From the NCBI GenBank assembly GCA_030141605.1, contig JAQGDQ010001047.1, positions 1-64,000 of the forward strand: a DNA stretch of 64,000 nt, given 5' to 3'. Position numbers and translations under genes: made by a program. Of the stretch, positions 13,528 to 27,084 are shown in pieces. The notes under the pieces are model-generated. The model was given only the letters and a program-made list of their open reading frames with translations. It searched no databases and was not told the origin of the DNA. The stretch is from Tubiluchus corallicola (lineage: Eukaryota; Animalia; Priapulida). Within the stretch, counting starts at the first letter, position 1. Each line of letters begins with the position of its first letter.

Positions 13528-14291
13528 TTAAAAGTCTAGCTACTATAATTTCTTGAGCAACACGATTAACTGCAGGAAGCAAACGGGTGACAGAGTCATT
13601 TACACTTATGCACCTATGTAACTGATCAATACAGAAAAATTTATGTAATTCAACTTTCGAAGTAATTATTCCTTAAAGAAAGTTTTTAATAGAACATTTG
13701 GGCTTCAGGCTTCCTAAATTCAATTCAATTCAATTTTATTCTCTCAATATCAGTTAAAATTCGTGATAATTATTTTTACATTTCATTGCAGCTGAGAAGG
13801 AGTAGCGAAAGACCTATTGGTCACCTATGAGTTTATTCACAGGGTGATGACATTTTTTAGATGTTTGTGTATATGACAAAGGCAAAAGCAACAAAAATCA
13901 ACTCAAAGCAGAAATGCAATTCAAATCATTACAAGGAATAACATCAGGCAAAAAATTAATGAAATTCAATGTAGAGCAAAAAATAACATCAAACAAAAGC
14001 ACCAAAAATCTACTCAAAGCAAAAATGCAATTCCACTCAGAATAAAAGGAAGTTATCACAAGCAATGCAAAACGGAATTTGACTTATAGCAGAAAATTAT
14101 ATCAAACAAAATGAAAAATTAAATTGAAAAGAGTAAACAATTTGAGTTCTAGGTAATAATTCTGGCGTTATTTTCCTTTACACTTATCAGAAAACAAAAT
14201 AAAAATAGCATAACACATGCACCACATGTATGTTATACGAAGGAAATTAAAGTAAATATGTGAAAGAAATGTAGCAGACGCTAGTAGTTAC

Positions 14292-14470
14292 CTAATGGCG
14301 TGTCCACCAGCACTGCATTATATAATTCGGCAGGCGTAGAAGCTATGTGGATGGCCTCCATTTCCTCAAAACTACCGAGCGGATGACATTTAGGAATCAG
14401 TTCAGTTATGGGTCGCTGATGCAGTGTCCCCGTGATCAGCAAAATTATGTTGTCGATCATATAACTGTAC
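14292..14470 (-). CDS. ATP6V0D1: V-ATPase subunit d exon 3
   Basis: tag|..[59 protein letters not shown]..|gtaact. Confidence 0.96.
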
Positions 14471-14834
14471 CTATAATAAAAAAATTTGAATTGAGTGTGC
14501 ACGTCGCATGGTTTTTAAGTCTAGAAGTGAAGTAAGTCCACAAGTAAAACTATCCAAAAGAAAATTTTTCACTTGCAAAAAAATCAGTAAGTTGAATAAT
14601 GCACGATCTTCTACACTAGAAAAACACACATACGGAAATACACACATACACACATCCAAATTACCATACACACTATGCAAACCAGATTGAAAACCGTCGA
14701 TGATAAAGTAAAGATAAGTTGCAAATAAAACACCTACTATGTACGCCTACTAAAAAACATTCCTATCAAAGCTGTTTCTATCTGAATCTCTTCACTGGCA
14801 ATTTTCTTTGGTTATTGAAATTAGAATATTTGTA

Positions 14835-15317
14835 CAGGGATGAGAATGACAAATTGCAAAAAACTCTGAAACAGGCCGGGGGTTTGGTAGTTTAAGGGGG
14901 CGAAGCAACAAATTGCAATTTTGTGACCATGCCTCTAAGTGGACTTAAAATATCAATTACCTTGTTTCATGCATAATTTAAAATACCCAACTATCAAGGA
15001 TACATGATACCTAATTGTCTCAAAAACGCCTAAGTACTGGCCGCTCCTATGCAAAAGTATATAAAAACTGTCTGCAATTGATTCAAATAACTCCGCATAA
15101 TTGATTCTATATTTTTATACATAGAGATATACACGTGGTTACACTGATGTACGTGATGTAAACAAAGTGATGGCCTGCCAACTAGCGGTCAGCTTGTGAA
15201 ATAATGTACTGGGTCCGTAAAAATTTTCTCAACGAATTCACGCGATTTACAAAAATGGCACTACTGATCTTCCAAAAACTCGGAATTCCTCGTATCCGCG
15301 GAAAATTCTCATCCCTG
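14835..15317. mobile_element. hAT-like MITE family A, copy 2
   Basis: Same TIRs and body as 7324-7804; flanked by a 71-bp direct repeat instead of an 8-bp TSD. Confidence 0.9.
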
Positions 15318-16359
15318 TATCAAAGCTGGTTCTATCTGAATCTCTTCGCTGGCAATTTTCTTTTGTTATTGAAATTAGAATATTTGTACAGCTAAATATA
15401 CTTTTGATGGAACATGCAAATTTTGTCTCACTAGGTCCATTTTTCTACAACAAGTTTTTTCTAGTCTTACAGAGTCTTCTTTTGAGACAATTTTCGCCAC
15501 AAAGAAGTTAAGACAATGCTGCCTTGGATCAACCAAATGCTAGCAGTCATAAGACTACGGAAGGTGAAACTTTGAATAAAATATACAATCATACAATCAC
15601 GATGTTGTTTTAATTCAAGCAAATTAGAACTGTGTGCAACTTCTTTAACAATGACCGTCTCTTGGGATTACATGACAGTTTTTCAGACACAAGACTAAAA
15701 AGTATTGCTCATTCGCTCAAAAATCTCAGTCTCTTACAATCTGATTTAAAAGCAGTATTTATCCTCCTGGAAAAACTTAACAGACGGCCTTGAATAGTAA
15801 ATGGCTCATTAAACATTGCCAGTCGTTACTGAATGTGCCTAGACCTATGTTGTTACCAAATTTGAGTGTCTGTGTATGCCAGGCTTCAAAGAATCTGCAG
15901 ATTTTAGTGTCAAATAGACTTAAAATAAAATGCAAAATTTTGGCTACATAGAATCTTGAATCAAATAGTCAATGCTTTATAACATGTTAAAAATTTACAG
16001 GTAGTCGTGGACTCACGACCACAACCGGTCCTGGCATACTGTCGGTAAGACGAATTAGACGCAAGTCGGATCCGTATATTAATGTATACATTCAAGCGGT
16101 GCCCCCCTACAAGCAAAGACATTGGGCATGCATGCACGTGTGGCGGCACCTATGTTGAGTTTGTTGAAACAGATTGCGATGTAAAGTTTATTTGTTTTGA
16201 AAAAAGGAAATACGACTCATAGTCGGTTGCGTATAAATAAATAATAAACTAATTAAATTGCGGTCGGGTCGTAAAGTTGAACAGTCGTAAGTCGCATAGG
16301 TCGTAACTCAACAACTACCATTATATGCACAATTATAAACAAATCCGGAAAAATCTTAC

Positions 16360-16531
16360 GTAATATAATCAAGAAACGTAGCCAAAGGTTCTACAGCACA
16401 ATTACGCATATGCTGGAATTCTACCACCAACTTCTCCTTTAGTTTGTCATCGATGACAGAAACAGAGAGAGGACTAGGCTCATTAGCTAAAAAATTCCCA
16501 TAATCTGTGCTTGCTAAGTGTAACTTTAAAT
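16360..16531 (-). CDS. ATP6V0D1: V-ATPase subunit d exon 2
   Basis: cag|..[58 protein letters not shown]..|gtaag. Confidence 0.96.
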
Positions 16532-17513
16532 CTGAAAAAGCCAGAGTATACATAGTGTTTATTATTATTATGAAATTATTAGTTATTGTGATAGTAATTA
16601 CACGTGTGCTTGCAAACCAAAATTGTCCATAAGTCGGCCTAGTTAAAACTACGTTATGATGCTTCAAAACAGAATGCATTAAAAATTTCGTCAAATGTCA
16701 ATTTTTTGTTTTTTTATAAAAACAAGTGCGAAATATATTGGACTTTAATATTTTAGCATCAAATTGTCAAGAAAATATTTAAAAGATATTGTTGCTAACT
16801 GTTTTGAAGAAATGCATTAAAAAACAATGGCTAACTTGAACAGAGATTTGCTCAAGATTATGTTTTTCATTGCATAGCCTGTGCCTTAGTCTTCAATGTG
16901 GATTATCTCAGCTTAGAAATAACATAGAGCGATGAACTTGGTATCAAAATGATCTTCATGAAATGGAGATCCAGGACACGTGAATAACTAGAAAAGCTTA
17001 ATCGCCAGCTTATGGACGATGGTGCTATGCAAGCATACATATATTAAATTAATTATATTAATGTTATAATCAATATTAATATTAGGGGCTACCGAATCAT
17101 ATATTAGTAGGGGAAACAGCTCTGAAGGAGTTTTTTGGCAGTCACTCATGCTGTCATACATACATTGTCTAGGGTGAGCATTGTTTCACTTGATAGAAAA
17201 TCATTAAAGGAAGACCAGACGATTGTTTAGACTCCATCTCATTTCAATTTACTGTCCAAAATATACATTTTTTGTCTATAAAAGTTAACAATTGTTTCTT
17301 ATATTTGAATAATTAGCTTACAAAGTTAATTAACAGTAACCGAGCACACCTATTGCTTGCGTCAGAAACTGTGTGCATTTACAGATGAAATGAAGGCCAA
17401 GTAACCGTGTTTTCGCGCAGGTCGATATTACTGGGAAGCCGAATGCTCGACATGTAGTCCTCTTTTTCAACTCATATGGTAATCCTGAGCCTAAGCAAAT
17501 ATGAACCACTTAC

Positions 17514-17634
17514 CATCCAAAGTTTCACACTGTACTAAGTTTAAGTAATCATGTTGTTTCAGAATGCCACCTTTAAAACCTCTTACTAGTCCTTCTAAGT
17601 ATCCATTGTCGATGTTAAAATAAAATTCACTCAT
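17514..17634 (-). CDS. ATP6V0D1: V-type H+-ATPase V0 subunit d, exon 1 of 8 (gene 7115-17634, 348 aa)
   Basis: ATG at 17634; [40 protein letters not shown], the canonical subunit d N-terminus; donor G|GTAAGT. Exon lengths 121+172+179+80+78+177+78+162=1047 nt, in frame. Confidence 0.96.
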
Positions 17635-17871
17635 TTTTGATGTGACTGAGATGTAGAATTTAGTAATATTGCTATCCGAAACGATAACCTGTCCACCATT
17701 ACAAGAAAAAATTGGCAGGTGGCAGCACTTGAGCGCGTACAGTATTTAACTAGAAAGAAAATCACGTGTCACTCTTTCTCAGGAAAAGTACAGCGTGAGC
17801 AGTTGTTGGAGGTTTCAGCGTGCTAGTTCAAATCTTTGGTTTGTTTGTTGGACGGAAAGAAATAATTGAAA
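17635..17871. promoter_or_regulatory. Compact bidirectional promoter/5'UTR region shared by ATP6V0D and AHCY
   Basis: 237 bp between divergent ATGs; contains ATTGG (CCAAT on minus, 17711-17715), CAGGTG E-box (17716-17721) and CACGTG E-box (17763-17768, TCACGTG context). TSSs cannot be seen from sequence. Confidence 0.75.
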
Positions 17872-17899
17872 ATGGCAAAGAAACCACCACACAAGATAG
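17872..17899 (+). CDS. AHCY: S-adenosylhomocysteine hydrolase exon 1 of 9 (gene 17872-30554, 433 aa)
   Basis: aaaATGG; MAKKPPHKI then G|gtatgc, joining in frame to [13 protein letters not shown]. Total CDS 1302 nt. Confidence 0.88.
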
Positions 17900-18138
17900 G
17901 TATGCTATATGTGACACATAGTACGGTTTTCAGTTAGCTTAATTATTTGGTGGTTTCTGTCTCAGCGTAATTCCTCTATGTTAGTTCATGTCCTTTGCTT
18001 TTATACATTTTTGATTTTTTGGCGTTTTTTAAATACATTTGGCTTTATATTACTAAAAATTATTTTGTTCTTGTAGTTTCATTTTTGAGCAGCTGTAGTT
18101 TAATGTAATATTATAAAGTTATTATAATTATGTTTAAG

Positions 18139-18329
18139 CCGACATTAGTTTAGCTGAGTTTGGCAGAAAAGAGATCACATTGGCTGAAAATGAGATGCCA
18201 GGTTTGATGCAAATGAGAAGAAAGTTTGGACCTAGCAAGCCACTGAAAGGAGCTCGCATTGCTGGCTGCCTGCACATGACTGTTCAAACTGCTGTACTCA
18301 TTGAAACATTGTTAGAGCTTGGAGCAGAG
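18139..18329 (+). CDS. AHCY: AHCY exon 2
   Basis: tttaag|..[63 protein letters not shown]|gtttgt. Confidence 0.96.
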
Positions 18330-20648
18330 GTTTGTTGCTTTACATGATCACTTTCTAATAATCTTTGTGCATAGCACAACTGCTAGTGTGCAGTATATAA
18401 TGATGTGGCATTGTGCATTTTTAGGGATTGTCTGATTTGTCACATGATACCAGTAACGAGCAGTGTCCTCTAGTTTTATCAGTAATAACTTTTCATAACT
18501 GATTAATTGAAAAGAGTTGCATTGGTGTTTAACGGCTCGTAAAAATTATTTAACAAACATTCTAAAACACAGTCACTACAGTGTGTAAAAATTGACTGTA
18601 CTGTGAGATGATATGGATAGAAATACAACAGAGATATATAATGAATCTGAGTACTAAAGTAATCAGTATCAGATACATCGTTTCGGTTGGCAATGTAATG
18701 CACTATGTGGATTTTTGTGCAAATTCTAAGAAATTTCGTAAGGGGCAAATGGCTTAATGAATGGGCAATGTTGTATGATTGTTCAAGTTTCTTATGCAGT
18801 AGGGTAGTCCGCAAGTTGAAATTTCATTGTACATAGATGAGATTTCTGTTTCAAGTGGAGCCTGGTTAATCTAGATGCTTATGGCAGGTTGGATTTAAGT
18901 TCATTATCAAGGGATAACCTTCCAGCATGAGATTCCAAACTAACTTTTGTCCACGTACCCTCATTCAACGAGGTCCACAGCCTGGGGTCAGCATAGCAGA
19001 TGCCAGGAGTAATTTTCGTGACAGTGTGTCACATATCCGTGCTGTAATAATTGGCAGATTTTAAATAATATTGTTGATGAAACAAGGCTACAGATATGAT
19101 TTGCTGGACAGAGATTAAGTTTAGCTCAGTACACTCAGTTTTTTACGTAGTGTGGTGATGGTATATTAAATTTTTTCCTAAAAACTATTACATTTATTGC
19201 AGGATCATTTGACTTAGAGAATCAATTAAATTTTTATAATAATCTTAGCTTTTTCTTTTGTTGCTCCACTCAGCCATTTATCCCCATATGTGACTGTTTT
19301 CTGTGTTAATCTGGACACAGTTTCAGTCATATCTCAGCTACGGAAACTGAACTCGCAGATATTTTTTAATAAAACTAACATGGTCTTTAGGTATTCTTAA
19401 AAAGGTATACTTATGTCGATGAAGTGCCTTGGGCAGTACAGTATCAAAATTATGAATACATTTTTCTGATTAGCGTAGTAAATCAGGTTTCGTAATTGAT
19501 CCAGTGAGCTACACGTGTTTCCATTCCAAAAAATCTTCATACTGTTTTGTGGAAATATTGTGTTTCCTGATATACGGTGCAAATTCTTAGTTTCCGCAGG
19601 TATCGCTTCTGTAAAATTCCACAGTGATAAAAAAATGTGATGGCCGCCTGGTCCAGTCGAACTCTGAACATAAGTTCAGCAGGCAAGCGTAAGATATATA
19701 TATGTGTGATAGCAAGTGAGTTTGTGTGCAAACTACAATAAAGTTTGCATAGTAACAAGTAGCAGCTCTTACACGCACTGATTTACAGTGACAGTAGAAA
19801 CTGAATCTAGAAGTATACTGCACTTTGACCCTTGGCGGCTGATATAAGTTATTGAGGGCTATATTGTCTAGCATTTCAATCTTTCATAAAAAAAGGAATA
19901 GTGTAGTGGAACTTGCAACAGAATTGCCAGAACTGTTAATTTTTACAATTTCACCACAAGCGACTTTCAGTTAAAAAATGAATAGTAGAAAATAACGAGT
20001 TTAGCATTCTAATTTTCTTTATTGGCAATTGTTGTGAAGCTAAAGTTGTCGCTGGGGCGTTTTGGGGAGAGCCAACAACCGACATTGGCAGGTTTATCAG
20101 ACTGTTTTTGAAGTTGCGATGTTCGTGTTAAACAGATGAAATCACTGGATGAAAACATGGTTTAACTTTGCGATCTGTATTTTACTCAAAATCATAATCT
20201 CATAGTCAGTACACATATACAAGAAAAGATAAACATAATCAACAGTAGTAAACAAAAGTTAAAGTAAATCCATCAGCCAGTATATCATGGCACCTGAGTC
20301 CAAAACGTTATTATAATCACACAACTGTTTAAGCCTATTGCTTGTCCTCTAATCTTGCTACCAAGTTTGAAAAACTACTACATTCACAGAGAAGCCCAGT
20401 AACCCAGTTCCATACAAACATATAGCAGTAGCAAGTACACACATATATTGGAAACTTCCAAGTGTACAAATAGATGTCAGCACTGACTTAGTGGTAATGA
20501 AAAACTAAAGTTTAAAACTACAAATCAGGATTAATAATAAACTGTAAATTAAATGATCGCATCTGCAACAACAATTGATTATTTGCTGTCTTGGCAGACA
20601 CATTAAAGTTTGTTTGACATTAAAATTTGTTCTGCCTTGAGAGTTTAA

Positions 20649-20828
<180 letters not shown>

Positions 20829-21678
20829 TGATTTTAAATGGACAAAGGAAACCATCTGGGTAGTTAGGCTAATTTCAATGTTCGCGAAAAATATTAGAAG
20901 GATTCACTGATGAACGTGCAATAATCTCCCCCACGTGTATTAGTAAAATGACTATAATTTCACGATTATTTAGTAGTTAATGTTCCTCGGTTGAACAAGA
21001 CAGTGACAGTGGCAGCTCGTAGCTAAAATTAGTGGGGTGCGGCTTCAGAAAATGTTTATCCGTTGTTTTGATACTGTGTAAAACAAAACGAGCAAATATA
21101 ATTTTAATGTTGTGATTTGTAATTGTAATTTTAAACAAACAAACATATGAAAGTTTATATATAAACTTGATAAAATCCTAAACAAAAATGTTTTTTGCTT
21201 ACTAATAGCCTAAATTTTTGCAGTTCATGCTTGAACCATTCACGGTAAATGCGTTACAACTGACAACAAACTGTGTGAGTGACAGTACTTTCTCTACCTG
21301 GGCTGAGACGTGTGCTTGGCCACATGTGTACACCATGTTTCTGGCGCGCTCTGTGCTGCCCTGTGAAACAAACGGCACTACCCTCACGTGCTCTGGTTCC
21401 ATACAAGTATAAAGAAAGAACTAAAGAAAAAAGACTTATTATACTGAATATTATCGATAATATCGAGTGAAAACAGGGGTGCTGCAATTCCACAGTACCT
21501 ATACACAGGCCACCACTATGTGGGTGGTAATAAGAGATACCTTTGCATCAGACATGATCAACACTGTAAACGAGCAGCTACAAGGAAGAGTTCAAAATAA
21601 TTCGTTTTCCCATCACCGGTCAGTTGCTAACGTAATAACGCAGTGCTATGATTATGCTTATGTTATGTTTTGTTACAG

Positions 21679-21778
21679 ACTTTGGTCTTTCCATCCGGTG
21701 AAACGTTGAACATGATTCTTGACGATGGCGGTGATCTCACAAACCTGGTCCATGAGAAATTTCCTCAATACCTAGAAG
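21679..21778 (+). CDS. AHCY: AHCY exon 4 (followed by a GC donor)
   Basis: cag|[34 protein letters not shown]|gcaaga; the frame joins the next exon at this GC donor. Confidence 0.92.
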
Positions 21779-22788
21779 GCAAGATTCAAATTAAATATTG
21801 ACAATTCTCTTATTATATTTTCTTTATACACATTTGAGCATGCTGTATACCGGAGAGCTTACTCAAGGAGATGGTTGTGACACTCTTAGCTCCTTTCAGC
21901 AATGCTCCTCTGTTTTGAGTAGTTTTTTCATAGTCATATGTTTGCTTTCGCGATAAAAATATGTACAGTAAGTCTGCGTATCGACTCCCCGTTTTGCTAC
22001 GTTTCAATTTAGTGACGCTGAACATTTGACACGTTTTTCTCATTTAATGTTTCGTTTTAACGACGATTTTTTTTACTGCTCGAAACCATTTTTTATTTTA
22101 TGAAAAACTTTCTTACCTAATTTGAGGCATTAAAACGGTACATATTGCAGTGTTCTGTTCTTGTAATCTTTTGTAACCATTTGGTTGCTAAACAGTGCCT
22201 TCGTGCAATGTTTAATTGATATGTTTTAAACAGCATTGATTTTTTGTTCTGGAACGTATCTCAATTCTTTTACATTATTTTCTATGGAAGTTTTGGTTTC
22301 ATTTAATGACGTTTCACTTAACGTTGCTGGAATGCATTAGAGTCGTTAAGATACTTGTTTTTGATGTCTTTTATCGTTATCGTTTTTGGTGTCGTTTTAC
22401 TTTAATTACTATGTTTTAATTATTTAATTTAATGTACATTTTTTGCATATTGGTGCATATGTGCAAGAAAGTCTGGAATGTAATCTCAAGGTGAACTTAT
22501 ACATGAATACGCAGAATTGCCTTTTTGCTATTAATAAAAACTTGTTAGACCGTTACGTCATGCCATAAACTCTAGTTTTTCATCAGGCCTTGCAGTAATT
22601 AAACGTGGGTGGTAAAAAAATGTAATGAACTGCTTTCATGTAGTGCTGCATAGATGAAGCAACCTAAGCAAGTTACACTAATCAATTACTCCTCATTCAG
22701 GGTATTCATACATAAATTATTCATATTATTGACACTAGAGTTCTGCCACTGAGTTATCAAATTTTTATGTAATTGCAGTTAATTTTGT

Positions 22789-23280
22789 TACTTGCTGTAT
22801 GTATACTGTACAACGTTTGCAGCCAGCCACATAGGAATTTGTACAGGAGGGGAAGGGGGCAGCACTAATACTTGTACTGTACAGTCTAATGTAGTTTGCA
22901 CTCCCGTACTTGCTGTAGGTATACTGTACAACGTGTTTTGCAGCCAGGCACATAGTGAGGAATTTGTACGGGAGGGGGGGTGGCAGCACTAATACTTGTA
23001 CTGTACAGTCTAATGCAGTTTGCGCTCCCGTACTTGCTGTAGGTATACTGTACAACGTGTGTTGCAGCCAGCCACATAGCCAGGAATTTGTACTGGAGGG
23101 GAGGGGTGGAGCACTAATACTCGTACTGTACAGTCTAATGCAGTTTGCGCTCCCGTGCTTGCTGTAGGTATACTGTACAACGTGTTTTGCAGCCAGGCAC
23201 ATAGTGAGGAATTTGTAAGGGAGGGGGGAGGGGGCACTAATACTTGTACTGTACGGTCTAATGCAGTTTGCACTCCCGTA
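22789..23280. repeat. About 120-125-bp tandem repeat, about 4 copies, AHCY intron 4
   Basis: tacttgctgtaggtatactgtacaacg recurs at about 22789, 22907, 23031 and 23156; the G-tract varies in length. Confidence 0.92.
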
Positions 23281-23416
23281 TCACGTAAACAAATCGGTTT
23301 CGCCATGTGTAGTTAAAAGTAAAGTTTTATCACCAAGTTGTATTAATGGTGGCGGTTACTTATAAGTACATTGTAATTACAATAGAATAAATTACAAAAT
23401 TACTTGTAACTGTAGC

Positions 23417-23692
23417 TTATGAAATAATGCGCATATTTTTGACGTCTGCAAACTCCTGTATTACATTTTCCATGTCTATTTCGTCATTGTTCAGGTGCAT
23501 CTGGGCCGAGTCATTTAACCTCTCTACCCCAGTTCTGGTACGAATCAGAGTTTTCAACAGACGTAATGCAGAGAAAGCTCCTTCTGGTGTGCTCGTAGAC
23601 ACAGGAAGGATGACACCAATTGTCAACAGTGAATACAATATAGGAAACTGTTGTTTGTCACATCCTTTCAAAAGCTCTCGTGAAAGAAGCAT
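23417..23692 (-). pseudogene. Decayed hAT transposase C-terminal dimerization domain fragment
   Basis: FPILYSLLTIGVILPVSTSTPEGAFSALRLLKTLIRT..ERLN resembles the hATC motif LP.S...ER.FS.L...KT.LR. Confidence 0.8.
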
Positions 23693-24699
23693 TTAAGTTG
23701 TATTTTAAAAGCTGAACCACAAAAAAAGAGAAACTAACAAATGAAAACGTTACCACATTAAATCAAATGTTGTTTATTCGATTGTTTAATACGATCCTTC
23801 GGACAGCTGGGAACTTCCATACAATTTTTTTAAATTCAACGAAAGGGGAGCCACTTGTCCAGTTGCAGCTAATGATATTTCTTGTTAAAGAATTACATTA
23901 TGAGCTTCTTGAAAATTTCTAAAGACGTAAGCTTAAAATATTTTGTTGCGAAAAGAAAGATGTGCCTTTGTCGTATATTTAGATCCGATTTTAGAGACGG
24001 TGTCACTTGATTTAGAATCACTGAGAGTCAAATTCCCCCTGTACCACGTGTGTTTGGAACATGATTATTCAAGATGCCATTGGAATGTTCCAGAAATGGT
24101 TATAATGATAAGAAGCGATCATAATTGTGTTATATTTATAGTCTTTTACCAGAAAGCTGCATGATATTATTTTTGTTTCACTTCCATTACCATACTTTAG
24201 TTATGACAAAGATTACCAAGTTTTCCATGTTTAGTTTATATACATTCACGCTTTTGTATACGTATGATACCTAAATTTATTTAAGTTTTTACTTTTCCCT
24301 AAACTTACTATGCATTTTTGGTTGTATCCACTCTTAACTTCAAAGCTAAAAGCCTAAAGATTGTCACCTCAAATTAATCAAGCACGTAGTGTTAGGGTAA
24401 TTAAATTTTTAAAATGACCAGGGACATAATTAGGTGAAATTTAGAACAGACATTTTTTGTCTTTTTGTTTTGTTGATAAACAATGCTTATTTGTTTACTT
24501 CATTATAAGCTATGCTTCCGTCGCTTATGAAACAGATAAATAATCGCATTTGTGTCCGTTTAATAAACTTTGTACTTTAACAGCGTGAATGGATTTCACG
24601 ACATTACAAGTAATAATGCTAGTAAGTTTGTAGTACTAGTAACACTGTGGTACGAGCCATCTCTCATAAGTGCATATAATTATAAAGGTATATTACCAG

Positions 24700-24960
24700 A
24701 CCAGATGGTTTATTCTAGTGGTAACGTGCCCGCTTTCCGTCTTGGAGGTTGTGAGTTCGATACTGCGGCAGGTCATACCAAAAACTTTGAAAATTGTACC
24801 CGCTGCTACCCTGTCTACCGCGTGGTATTTAGGGTAAAAGTGGGGTAATAATACTGTTATGTAATTGTAGATTACATATTTACAGTTGACCCAAAAACTC
24901 TTTGAGGCTTATGTTAATTGTTTATCCTAAAAGCCAACTTTAAATAAAGATTATTATTAT
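24700..24960 (+). mobile_element. tRNA-derived SINE, copy 2
   Basis: Same head, core and tail as 6114-6330; its tail ends 24 nt before the start of AHCY exon 5. Confidence 0.85.
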
Positions 24961-24984
24961 GTTGAAATGATTATCGTGTTTTAG

Positions 24985-25097
24985 GTATTAGAGGTTTATC
25001 CGAGGAAACGACTACGGGCGTACACAACCTTCACAAAATGCTCGCTCAAGGCACACTCAAAGTCCCTGTGATAAATGTAAATGATTCCGTGACGAAG
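24985..25097 (+). CDS. AHCY: AHCY exon 5
   Basis: tttag|..[37 protein letters not shown]|gtacgt. Confidence 0.97.
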
Positions 25098-25793
25098 GTA
25101 CGTTTGTTTTTTTAACATTTATCAGTAAAAAGAAAGCTGTAAAAATTTGGGCGTGGAATAAAACGTGTAGTACATTTGTTATGATAGTACCATACCACAC
25201 TTTCATTTTATCATACCACACTTATATCTCTGTCGAGCTCCTTATGTTTCTGTCAAAAATTGTCTGAAATAATAGAACCTTACTGCAATCCGCCAGAATT
25301 AACTAGGCCCCCTTTCGGTTAATGACTATTGATTATTATTATTATTATTCTAGTTATTATTATTATTGTTGTTGTTGTTGTTATTATTATTATTATTTTT
25401 GTTATTATTATTATTATTGTTGGTAATTTTTTTTACTAAGTTAATTGTTGAGATCTGTGGAGTTTGAGTATTTAGTAAACTTACTAGTGATAATTGGAAT
25501 ACTTGTCCCGTACCGCAACACTTCTTTCCACTAAGCCAAGGGCTTTTAACTTTTACTGGTTTGAGAATCTGGCAAAACCTGTAGATACTTCACTAGAAAA
25601 ACGCACCTGTGTATAAGCCACATCTTGCATATAAATGAATCCGATAATTTACTTTGTGGAAAATTGAATATCTAGTGTACAAAGTGCAATTTATAATCTT
25701 TGCAAAGCTCTTTTCCATTTGTCGAAAGCAAAAATTGGAAGCGAATAATTAAGACTGCCCTTTCGTGCATTTTTTGCATTTATAATAAGTTGA

Positions 25794-26015
<222 letters not shown>

Positions 26016-26189
26016 TAACTTGGGAAAGTGAGTACGGAGGATGTTTGGTCTTGATTTTTCAACAGAGTGTGAGCAAGTAAAGCGAAATGTATTTTATCAC
26101 TCTAAATGGTTTAAGATGGGCCTCTGTATGTGTTTGTTTAGATTCCTCCTGCCTTTATACATCCATGTAAATGTCATTGTACACATACT

Positions 26190-26340
26190 AATAAGCCTTT
26201 TCACAGTTCTACCAATTGATGATAATCATGAAAAGGTCAGAGGTCAAGTGTACTAGACAATGAATTTGTGTACATTTGACAGTGCTTTGTAGTCCATGCT
26301 GTTGTAATAGTAACAGTTTTAACAGCTAGCTAGAACCTTA
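26190..26340. repeat. Dispersed repeat; inverted copy at about 37612-37770
   Basis: ataagcc.tttcacagttc.a.caattgatgat...ttttaacagctagctagaacc versus its reverse complement in UBE2C intron 3. Confidence 0.75.
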
Positions 26341-26659
26341 CTTAGTCCATTTTTTCTTGTTCACTAGCAAGATCCTGCTAGTAAATCACTCTACACACAG
26401 AGACTAATCTGTAATTAAGTAAAGCCCACGTAAAACAACGGAAGTTACTGAACTGATACGGCAGACGGCTTTGCTTTATCCACATGTCATGTGATGGTTG
26501 TAGTTAAGATTCGTTCCTGTGGTACACGTAGCCTTTGACCTGCAGTAACTGCACATATGCGCAACGAAACTATGAAAAGGCTTATTTATACATATTTTAT
26601 TTGTGACGTGCTACGTTTTTGCGATTATACATCAAAGCAATACGGATGCTTGCTTCCAG

Positions 26660-26865
26660 GTTACGAAGTGACTACTGTTGATGATGCCGTCGAGCGTTGC
26701 CATCTTTTCGTCACGGCGACAGGGTGCAAGAGCATCTTGGAAGGGAAGCATTTTCTACGGATGAAAGAAGATGCGATAGTGTGTAATATTGGTCACTTTG
26801 ATTGCGAACTTGACGTTGCGTGGTTGAACGCTAATGCGGTGGAGAAAGTGGAAATTAAACCGCAG
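26660..26865 (+). CDS. AHCY: AHCY exon 7
   Basis: ccag|..[68 protein letters not shown]|gtaact. Confidence 0.97.
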
Positions 26866-27084
26866 GTAACTGTGACTAAGCATAATTCTGGGTAATAACA
26901 GTAAGTGCTTCTGGTTAGTTAAATAATACGTTAAAAACTAGGTTGGGCAAGACAAACTAGTGATGACATCACAAATAGACATAATTCTGAGCGTGTTGCA
27001 CATGTTTGTGAAAGTGAAAATTGAAGTGCAGTGCTACTATGCAATGTTCAGTGTGATACACACTAATTCGGCAAATTTAAGTTT

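Noticed and set aside
22765-23306. Overlapping Cys-rich ORFs in AHCY intron 4
   Set aside because: They are products of the roughly 122-bp tandem repeat, and the frames shift between units.
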